A program made the position numbers and the translations under genes. 32,000 nucleotides of DNA from NCBI GenBank assembly GCA_964360965.1, contig CAYHYM010000001.1, positions 52,266-84,265 on the forward strand, in the 5' to 3' direction. The notes under the pieces were generated by a model. That model ran no database searches, was not told the DNA's origin, and saw only the letters and a list, made by a program, of their open reading frames with translations. This DNA is from an uncultured Gammaproteobacteria bacterium. GTDB taxonomy: Bacteria > Patescibacteriota > Microgenomatia > Daviesbacterales > UBA10151. Within the stretch, counting starts at the first letter, position 1. Each line of letters opens with the position of its first letter. Below, in pieces: positions 21,942-28,847 of this stretch.

Positions 21942-22382
21942 TCATTCCCTGGATCCATCTAAAGTATAGTCTAAACGAGGTTTTGGTGTAAGAACTCCAG
22001 CATCAATTAGATTTCTATATTGCTCTGCTACATCAAAAATTATTTGTGGGTCTACTAAACCTCCTTTAGGTTTACCAAGATCAAACGATAGGTACCCATT
22101 AGGATTAAGCCCTAGTCGTTTGAGACTTACATCATCTTCATGCAAGGAGACATTAGATCCCCATTGTCGTATTTCTGCCACAGATCCTAGTGCATAAACA
22201 CTCGTAATATATAACATTGGCTTATCAGCAGAAAAACCTTGTCTGAGAGTAACGGTATCAAAAACCCTTGCCTCTTGTTCCTCATTATGTTGCAAAACAG
22301 CACATACAGCCTCTCTCACAGCCTGTTTTGCTGCTATTATCTCTTTTCCCTCCGAATCTTTTTCTTCTCTATCTTGAGTCAT
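21942..22382 (-). CDS. hypothetical protein
   Basis: 146-aa ORF, first gene of an apparent minus-strand three-gene unit (22382 to 20808), divergent from 22465-23181. Confidence 0.5.
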   Translation of the reverse strand: MTQDREEKDSEGKEIIAAKQAVREAVCAVLQHNEEQEARVFDTVTLRQGFSADKPMLYITSVYALGSVAEIRQWGSNVSLHEDDVSLKRLGLNPNGYLSFDLGKPKGGLVDPQIIFDVAEQYRNLIDAGVLTPKPRLDYTLDGSRE

Positions 22383-22464
22383 GGGCAGATTATACTCTGT
22401 TATAGGCTCAGATTACAATTCTCCGGTGATTGATATGTTCTATAGGACATGATAATATCAATTT

Positions 22465-23181
22465 ATGAGGCCAGAATTAGAACATGAAATAGCAGAGATT
22501 GTATTGGCAGACGAGCTACGTGCTGAAATGGAATGTACCAGTCATTCCCTTTTACGAGTCGTAGCTGAAAGATTGATTGAGGAAAAAGAACAATGGTCTA
22601 ATGAAACTCGCCATCAGATTGTAGATCAAGAGCCCGATTTTGAGAGATGTATACAGTTAACAAAAGCTTTGGATCAATCTGTGACTCCTTATCAATCACT
22701 TCTAACAGAGCTGGTACGTACAGAAAAAGCCATTGGCACTGGTCTTGATTACATAAGCATTATGGAGCTTGAGGATGATGAATTTGATAGGAGTTTACGA
22801 GAAAAACATCCTGGTACTGGAGGAGATAATTCTATCAGATTGCTTAGGTTATACGCTTCTCTTTCTGGTGATGAAACACTTAAACGAGCAGTTGAGGATA
22901 TTAATACTCCAACTTTTGAACAAGTAATCAGAGGAACTAAACCTGAAGAATTAGCAGTTGGAAAAGCAGAGAGCGCTCTCGCAGCTTTGCGGAATGGAAA
23001 TCTACTTATGGATGATCCCAGTGGTTTTCTGTTAGTTACACAATTTAGCGAAGAACACAACGATTCCCCAGTTCCCTTTTCAAGGCAAGGACAACCGGCA
23101 AGAGAGCAAGCAGCAAAAGATTATAAAGCAATGTATCTTGTAGGTACCAGAGCTGGACTTGGGCCATTACCTAAAGAATAA
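22465..23181 (+). CDS. hypothetical acidic protein
   Basis: 238-aa ORF. Extended -10 tgataatat (22450-22458) ends 6 nt before the ATG. Confidence 0.55.
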   Translation: MRPELEHEIAEIVLADELRAEMECTSHSLLRVVAERLIEEKEQWSNETRHQIVDQEPDFERCIQLTKALDQSVTPYQSLLTELVRTEKAIGTGLDYISIMELEDDEFDRSLREKHPGTGGDNSIRLLRLYASLSGDETLKRAVEDINTPTFEQVIRGTKPEELAVGKAESALAALRNGNLLMDDPSGFLLVTQFSEEHNDSPVPFSRQGQPAREQAAKDYKAMYLVGTRAGLGPLPKE

Positions 23182-23241
23182 AACTTCAGCTTCATAAGGA
23201 TTTTTCCTTTGTGGCGGCTTTCCTTGCCCCCGCCCCATCGG

Positions 23242-23288
23242 TTTAACGGATACCGTTAAATCACCGTTATGTCCATTAAACGGTGATT
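23242..23288. promoter_or_regulatory. two adjacent hairpins sharing AACGG/CCGTT cores
   Basis: tttaacgg-ata-ccgttaaa (23242-23260) and aatcaccgtt-atgtccatta-aacggtgatt (23259-23288). The four arms can pair in alternative combinations. Confidence 0.4.
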
Positions 23289-23357
23289 AGGTTGTTATAG
23301 CAAGCTAATCTTTATATAACGGACTACCTTTAAAATTATTTAAAATATCTTAAGGGG

Positions 23358-23417
23358 CGCCGACTAGTAATGCGTCAGTAGTTTTTGATAAAATATGTTC
23401 GAGCGAAGTCATATATT
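23358..23417 (-). repeat. right copy of the 60-nt inverted repeat
   Basis: cgccgactagtaatgcgtcagtagtttttgataaaatatgttcgagcgaagtcatatatt is the reverse complement of 10878-10937 with 4 mismatches. Confidence 0.9.
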
Positions 23418-23442
23418 CTTACAAAATTTTTTAGGCAGCTAT

Positions 23443-24081
23443 TTAAAGAGTAAAAGCAGTAGAACACCTGATAACTCTCTCATCATAAATCCAGGGTCTT
23501 TGGTGTTCTTGATCTTCATAACAAATTTTTCTTTCAAATCTACTGATTCTAAATGGCTGGCCAGCTTGAAGTCTATTTGATTCAAATATGACTTTGTAAG
23601 CAATATCAAAAGATTCAGTAGGATCAGTTTTAATTTTTGATTGGATAGTTGGTGGTCTTAAGGCTTCATCTATTTCACCTCTAAAGCCGGCTGAGACCGA
23701 CATTTCATCTTCTTCAGTTAATGTTTTTCTGTTAATAAACAATAACACCTCATCATCGCTCATATAAACACCAAGTTGAGATACTCTTAAAGTTTCTCCT
23801 CCATTGGTATATTCTTGACCCTGTAAAACTTTCCCTTCCATTTGGGCTTGTCTAAAAAGCATCAATTTACTCCCCCAATATCTTAATAAGATATCACTAT
23901 ATCGTGCACGCAGATCAAGGAATATTTGGGTATTACCATGGGTACTGAGTTCATGATCTAAAACATTAAATGCTTTATCAAGAAGTTGACCGTGGGATAT
24001 TTCTCCAAATTCTGCAGATTGTGGAAAATCTGGATCTGGAGGGATAATTCTTTGAAAGATTTCCAATTCTTGTATAGCCAT
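23443..24081 (-). CDS. hypothetical protein downstream of dnaB
   Basis: ORF 23443-24129. I prefer the ATG at 24081 (MAIQELEIF...) because the upstream 16 codons are Cys/Leu-rich junk directly after the dnaB stop. Confidence 0.55.
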   Translation of the reverse strand: MAIQELEIFQRIIPPDPDFPQSAEFGEISHGQLLDKAFNVLDHELSTHGNTQIFLDLRARYSDILLRYWGSKLMLFRQAQMEGKVLQGQEYTNGGETLRVSQLGVYMSDDEVLLFINRKTLTEEDEMSVSAGFRGEIDEALRPPTIQSKIKTDPTESFDIAYKVIFESNRLQAGQPFRISRFERKICYEDQEHQRPWIYDERVIRCSTAFTL

Positions 24082-24131
24082 ATAATGGCAAAGCTTACTA
24101 CAACACAAAATATAAAGCAAGCAGAACAATT

Positions 24132-25493
24132 TTAAGCTGCAACTGCTAGCTCTTGAGCTTCCTCAGATGCCGGTGGCCTGCCGCGTCGGCGCTCCATGCC
24201 ATAAAATTTAACCCGATCAGGCCGAAACATCAGCTGAATTTCTCCGGTGGGTCCGTTTCTGTGTTTTTGAATATCCAAGGTTACTGCCTCCGGTTTCTCC
24301 AGATCCTCCCTATAAATAAACATCACCACATCCGCATCCTGTTCTATGGCCCCGGACTCGCGAAGATCAGCCAGCTGCGGTTTTCTTGAACCCCTAGCCT
24401 CAACAGCACGGGAAAGCTGTGAAATAGCCAGGACTGGAATTTTTAACTCTCTGGCCAGATTTTTTAATTGTTGGGAAATCTCCGATACCACCTGAACTCT
24501 ATTTTCCAGATTCCTGCCACTGATAAGCTGCAGATAATCAACTATTAAAAGTTTTAAATTATGCTCAATTTGCAATCTTCTGGCTTTGGTCCTCATCTCA
24601 GCAATGGAAATCCCCGGTGTATCATCAATAAAAAGGGGGGCCTCGGCCAGCTCTCCCATCGCAATGGACAGTGAGTCAAAATCTTTCTCATCTAATCTTC
24701 CTGTTTTTAACTTCCAGGCATCTATATCAGATTGGCCCACCAGCATTCTGTCCACCAGCTCTTCCTGACTCATCTCCAAAGAAAAAATTCCCACTGTCAA
24801 CCCCTCAGTAACTACCACATGTTGGGCAATGTTTAGCGCCAGAGAGGTTTTCCCTTGACCGGGACGGGAAGCCAAAATTAAAAGGTTTGAATCTTGCATG
24901 CCAGCCAGTCTTTGATCCAAATCCCGAAAACCGGTCGGCACTCCCCTTAACTTTCCTGAGGAACGATGAAGTTCATCCAGCCTGTCAAAAGACTCTGCCA
25001 AAGCATCTTTGATGGGAATAAAATCACGCTTGATCCTCTGTTGAGACAGGGCAAAAATTGAGGCTTCGGCAGTCTCCAGCAGATCTTCCACCTCATCACC
25101 CTCAAGGTACGCTTTTTCAATTAAAGAAGTGGACATAGAAATTATGTTTCTTCTGATGGCATGTTCTTTGATGATGGCTGCATAATGCTCAATATGAGCT
25201 GAGGTTGGCACCAGATTTACCAGTGAGCTCAGATAAGCGCTTCCCCCCACTTTATCAAAAACCTTTTTTTGTTTTAACTTTTCTGTCACAGTTATTAAAT
25301 CTATTGGCTGCCGATTTTCAAAAAGTTCAAAAATTGCTTCATAAATTGGCCTATGTTGCTCACTGCGGTAAAAATAAGAGGATTTAAGTATTTCTGCCAC
25401 TTTAACTATGGCATCTTTGTCAATCAAAAGCGCTCCCAGAAGGGATTGTTCTGCTGATATATTTTGCGGCGGAATTTTTGTGACTTGAGCCAT
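24132..25493 (-). CDS. dnaB: replicative DNA helicase DnaB
   Basis: 453 aa. N-terminus PPQNISAEQSLLGALL, Walker A SRPGQGKTSLALN, LLIVDYLQL, ISQLSR. The GC-rich C-terminal tail ERRRGRPPASEEAQELAVAA looks appended. Confidence 0.95.
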   Translation of the reverse strand: MAQVTKIPPQNISAEQSLLGALLIDKDAIVKVAEILKSSYFYRSEQHRPIYEAIFELFENRQPIDLITVTEKLKQKKVFDKVGGSAYLSSLVNLVPTSAHIEHYAAIIKEHAIRRNIISMSTSLIEKAYLEGDEVEDLLETAEASIFALSQQRIKRDFIPIKDALAESFDRLDELHRSSGKLRGVPTGFRDLDQRLAGMQDSNLLILASRPGQGKTSLALNIAQHVVVTEGLTVGIFSLEMSQEELVDRMLVGQSDIDAWKLKTGRLDEKDFDSLSIAMGELAEAPLFIDDTPGISIAEMRTKARRLQIEHNLKLLIVDYLQLISGRNLENRVQVVSEISQQLKNLARELKIPVLAISQLSRAVEARGSRKPQLADLRESGAIEQDADVVMFIYREDLEKPEAVTLDIQKHRNGPTGEIQLMFRPDRVKFYGMERRRGRPPASEEAQELAVAA

Positions 25494-25496
25494 AAA

Positions 25497-26165
25497 TCAA
25501 ATACTTAAAACTACTACCATTGATTCTTCCGGTAATTTTTCTTTGGTAATGACCAGCTTGGGTTGTATCTGGGTATTTTCTGCTCCCATCTCCTTTAAAA
25601 ACTTATCAACGCCTTCCAGCTCAAATTTTAATCCGTTGATCTTGTAATGCATGGGTATGACAATTTTAGGTTCAAGTTGGGCAACAATTTCTGCTGCCTC
25701 CTTACCATCTATGGTATAAACTCCTCCCACTGGAATAAGCAAAATATCAGTCTGGGAAATTTGCTGGATCTGATCCTCAGTTAACTTTTTTTGGCCCAGA
25801 TCACCCAAATGCACCACATTTAATCCGTCTATTAAAAGATGATAAATGATATTTGCCCCCCTTTCAGAACCTTGGGAAGAGTCATGAAATGAAGGAATAC
25901 CTGTTATTAATACTCCTTTAACTTCATACTCACCAGCGCCATCAAAAACCTGAAGGCTTGCCTGTTCATCTATACTACCTACCAAATCAGCTTTATCGTG
26001 ATCATGGTGACGGTGAGTTATCAATACCAAATCAGCTGTTAAACCTGCCTTGCCGGCTCGGCTCGCTGCGAAGCGGGCAGGCAGGTCTTTGGATGGATCC
26101 AGAACAACTGTAGCCTCTCTACCTCTTAACTTAAAACAGGATTGCCCCAACCAGGAAATTTCCAT
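25497..26165 (-). CDS. MBL-fold metallo-hydrolase (UPF0173-like)
   Basis: MEISWLGQSCFKL..., ITHRHHDHD (HxHxDH), VVHLGDLG. Start set at the ATG at 26165, with 26177 as an alternative. The ORF-track N-terminus (to 26357) is antisense to the divergent gene. Confidence 0.8.
   Translation of the reverse strand: MEISWLGQSCFKLRGREATVVLDPSKDLPARFAASRAGKAGLTADLVLITHRHHDHDKADLVGSIDEQASLQVFDGAGEYEVKGVLITGIPSFHDSSQGSERGANIIYHLLIDGLNVVHLGDLGQKKLTEDQIQQISQTDILLIPVGGVYTIDGKEAAEIVAQLEPKIVIPMHYKINGLKFELEGVDKFLKEMGAENTQIQPKLVITKEKLPEESMVVVLSI
26044..26085 (-). repeat. GC-rich imperfect hairpin inserted in frame in the MBL hydrolase gene
   Basis: cctgccttgccggctcggctcgctgcgaagcgggcaggcagg, outer stem cctgcc/ggcagg, translated as LPARFAASRAGKAG. 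Its core cccgcttcgcagcgagcc (minus strand) recurs at 26755-26774. Confidence 0.7.
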
Positions 26166-26247
26166 TGTGCTTGCCATACTAACAAAAACTCTCCCAAAGG
26201 ACAATCCCTCAAATCTTTTTAGGACAGGTATGTTAAAATATGCCCAG

Positions 26248-26691
26248 ATGTCCAAATTAACCATAAATTTATCTAGCGGAACTTTTATTGCCTCCCAAAT
26301 ATTGATTTTGATTTTAGGGCTGCTCTTTTTGGCTTTTTTACATTTTATCTTAAACATCCAGTTTCAACCTACCGCCAATTTATACTCTGCCGGTGGAGGA
26401 CCGATCACCTCTGCTCCGGCATCTTTAGCTCTGGAACTATTTGCCCCTTCCGATAATCAGCTTACTTTTGAACCTCAAATTCTTGTTTCAGGCAAAACTA
26501 CTCCAAATTTGACAGTGCTGATTACCTCTAATGATCAAAATATGGTCATCAAAGCAAATGCGCAGGGATCCTTTTCCACGGTTTTTAATCTTAAGGAAGA
26601 TGAAAACCATATATCTGTGGTTGTTTTTGATACAAATGGTGATGAAAGGATGCTTCAAAGAACCATTTTTTATTCAAAGGAGAAGATATGA
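26248..26691 (+). CDS. exported or membrane-anchored protein, unknown function
   Basis: Start set at the ATG at 26248 (MSKLTINLSSGTFIASQILILILGLLFLAF...), 8 nt after taaaat at 26234-26239. The C-terminal part is beta-rich. The stop overlaps the next start (ATGA). Confidence 0.5.
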   Translation: MSKLTINLSSGTFIASQILILILGLLFLAFLHFILNIQFQPTANLYSAGGGPITSAPASLALELFAPSDNQLTFEPQILVSGKTTPNLTVLITSNDQNMVIKANAQGSFSTVFNLKEDENHISVVVFDTNGDERMLQRTIFYSKEKI

Positions 26692-27425
26692 TTAAGTTCA
26701 GAGTTCAGAGTTCGTTGTTCGTAGTATTTTTAATTGCTATTTTTCTACCAACTACCCGCTTCGCGAGGCGAGCCAACTACGAACTACCAACTGTCCATGC
26801 TGCAGACTCCACCCCCTCATCAGATGTTAAATCCAAACTCGAGGAGCTGAAAAAGAATATTGCCTCCAAGGCTGCCAGACTTAAAGATGAGGTTTCCCAA
26901 AAGTTGCAAAACAGAGCCTTTGTGGGTTTTATTAAAAACAAATCTGCAAATTCTTTAACTTTGGCCTCTTTAAATGGAGTAAAAATTGTTGAATTTACTC
27001 AAGACAGCATATTTGAAAGCAGGATTAAAAAAAGAGCTGACATAAAAAAATTAAAAGAAGAAGATTTCGTGGCTGCCCTGGGAGATATTGATGAAACAGG
27101 AGTATTAACTGCTAAAAAAGTGATCTTACTACCAACTCCCAAAAAAGATTCTAAAACCTATCTTTGGGGACAGATAATTTCTCTGTCAGATTCTTTAGCT
27201 ACCATCAAAAATAAAGATCTTAAAAATATTGCTGTTTCCACATCTTTAGCAGATATTAAACGTGATTTAAAAATTAATGAATTTATCATCATGACCGGAG
27301 AATTTAATAAAAATGAAATTTTTGAGGCAGAATTTATCTATGTGATTCCACAAGGAGGAATAATTAAACCTAAAAAAGCGGTTTACCCTACACCCTCAGC
27401 CACTCCCAAATCTACTAAACCCTAA
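26688..27425 (+). CDS. exported protein, unknown function
   Basis: 245 aa with a signal-peptide-like N-terminus. Codons 8-35 lie inside a repeat element (26709-26792). No alternative in-frame start exists downstream until far into the protein. Confidence 0.5.
   Translation: MIKFRVQSSLFVVFLIAIFLPTTRFARRANYELPTVHAADSTPSSDVKSKLEELKKNIASKAARLKDEVSQKLQNRAFVGFIKNKSANSLTLASLNGVKIVEFTQDSIFESRIKKRADIKKLKEEDFVAALGDIDETGVLTAKKVILLPTPKKDSKTYLWGQIISLSDSLATIKNKDLKNIAVSTSLADIKRDLKINEFIIMTGEFNKNEIFEAEFIYVIPQGGIIKPKKAVYPTPSATPKSTKP
26709..26792 (+). repeat. about 84-nt element with 17-nt terminal inverted arms, inside the 5-prime end of a CDS
   Basis: The arms agttcgttgttcgtagt (26709-26725) and actacgaactaccaact (26776-26792) are complementary at 15/17. 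The interior carries cccgcttcgcgaggcgagcc (26755-26774). Confidence 0.65.
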
Positions 27426-28113
27426 ATACCTCTGTCACTTCTTTTTCAGCTTCAGTTAAGTCTTTAACTGTATCCACTCCCCGCCAATAATCTGTACTTT
27501 TAAAAACTAAAAATCGTTCGGAGGGTAGCTTGGGGAAAGTTTCTATCTCATGATCCCCCTCATCCGGTAAAAGTGGCTCTATCTCTCTTGAAAATATATA
27601 AATTCCTGGATTAATCCAATGAGGCAGCAAAGGTTTTTCTTGAAATCCTAAAACCTCATCCATTTCATTAAACTCTATAACTCCATAAGGGCTTCTTAAA
27701 GGCACCACAGCAATTGTGGCCATAGCATTTCTGCTTTTATGTTTCTCCATCATCCCCCCCAGATCTAGCTTCCAAAGGTTATCTCCATTTAAAACCACCA
27801 CATCTCGCCAATCTTTTGACAGCATTTTCATGGCCTTTTTGATACCACCACCACGACCAAGGGGTGTCTCCTCTACTGAAAATCGTGCTTGAATACCATA
27901 CTTTTTGCCAGAACCCAGATGTCTTTGTAAGGCTTCTCTTTGATAACTGCAAGCAAAAACTACCTCTCCAATACCTACCTTCTTTAGCTGTTCCAGTTGA
28001 TATGCAAGGATTGGCTTGCCCAAAACTTCCACCATGGGCTTGGGCCTGTCATTTGTAAAAGGCCTTAACCTTTCTCCTTTCCCCCCAGCCAAAATAATTG
28101 CACAATTTACCAT
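27415..28113 (-). CDS. sugar-1-phosphate nucleotidylyltransferase (NTP_transferase family)
   Basis: AIILAGGKGERLRPFTNDRPKPMVEVLGKPIL is the classic pyrophosphorylase signature. 232 aa. Confidence 0.85.
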   Translation of the reverse strand: MVNCAIILAGGKGERLRPFTNDRPKPMVEVLGKPILAYQLEQLKKVGIGEVVFACSYQREALQRHLGSGKKYGIQARFSVEETPLGRGGGIKKAMKMLSKDWRDVVVLNGDNLWKLDLGGMMEKHKSRNAMATIAVVPLRSPYGVIEFNEMDEVLGFQEKPLLPHWINPGIYIFSREIEPLLPDEGDHEIETFPKLPSERFLVFKSTDYWRGVDTVKDLTEAEKEVTEVFRV

Positions 28114-28141
28114 TGGGAATTATAATACCATAAACTTTAAT

Positions 28142-28477
28142 ATGCCAGAAAGAATTACAGTTGCTCGTGCTACTGAATCGCCTTGGGATCCTAATCTGCG
28201 TTTGGCTGAAATATTTAAGAGAAGAAAACCTGGAATAGAAATCCAAAGGGAAATTGTACTTGATCCAGAAATAACATTGGAAAAAAGTGTCCTTCTTACT
28301 GTTGATCCTAGTAGGGATCAGGATGCTGAAGATTGGAATAAAGTTTCTAAAACCCAGGAATTTTCCATTTTAGAGGCGGCTTCTGCTGGAAATATAAATT
28401 TTTTCCAGGAGAATTCAATCTCTTCAGATCAAGTAATCCTAAGTTCCAAATGCAGTTGGATTTTCCAGATTTTATGA
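28142..28477 (+). CDS. hypothetical protein
   Basis: ORF 28016-28477 trimmed to the ATG at 28142, because the upstream part is antisense to the nucleotidyltransferase. No family recognised. Confidence 0.35.
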   Translation: MPERITVARATESPWDPNLRLAEIFKRRKPGIEIQREIVLDPEITLEKSVLLTVDPSRDQDAEDWNKVSKTQEFSILEAASAGNINFFQENSISSDQVILSSKCSWIFQIL

Positions 28478-28490
28478 ATTTGCCAGAGCT

Positions 28491-28718
28491 TTGGCTTATG
28501 ACAGAGCAATTAATGAAGCAAATCATTGGGGTACAATAGATGAGATAATTGAATTAAAGCTTCAATCCAGAAAAGACTGGGCCCCTGCTTTTTCAATATT
28601 GCAAAAAAAGTTAGCTTCCCGCTATGTTAACAGTTTGCTAGATAGATTATATAATCTGGTTACAACAGGTGAGGAAAGAAAATCTTTCGGAGACAGGCTT
28701 TTAGATATAATTTATTAA
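28491..28718 (+). CDS. hypothetical small protein
   Basis: 75-aa ORF with a TTG start. No family recognised. Confidence 0.3.
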   Translation: MAYDRAINEANHWGTIDEIIELKLQSRKDWAPAFSILQKKLASRYVNSLLDRLYNLVTTGEERKSFGDRLLDIIY

Positions 28719-28847
28719 TTTTTAGCTTCATTTAGGCACATCTTTACACATCGGAAGTGGATTAACTATGGGATGAGGTTTATTGCTTGCTTCGCAATAA
28801 AAAGGGTATAATCAAGATATTATGAGTAGTTATTATGAGGAAAAAGT

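Noticed and set aside
10878-23417. Calling the accessory block a prophage, ICE or classical tRNA-integrated island.
   Set aside because: I see no integrase, excisionase, transposase, relaxase, capsid, portal or terminase-like protein. No direct repeat of the tRNA 3-prime end is present at the far boundary. The bounding repeats are inverted, not direct. I report only the neutral description of an accessory block with inverted repeats.
28142-28718. Idea that 28142-28477 and 28491-28718 are two halves of one frameshifted gene.
   Set aside because: The downstream frame is open back only to 28398 and shows no continuity of sequence character with the upstream protein. No homopolymer or slippery site lies at the junction. 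I keep them as two low-confidence ORFs.
28779-28801. AT-rich hairpin tttattgc-ttgcttc-gcaataaa upstream of the HisRS-like gene, considered as a T-box or terminator.
   Set aside because: The 129-nt leader is too short for a T-box. No specifier-loop or T-box consensus is visible, and the stem is weak and AT-rich. At most it is a weak terminator for the upstream ORF.
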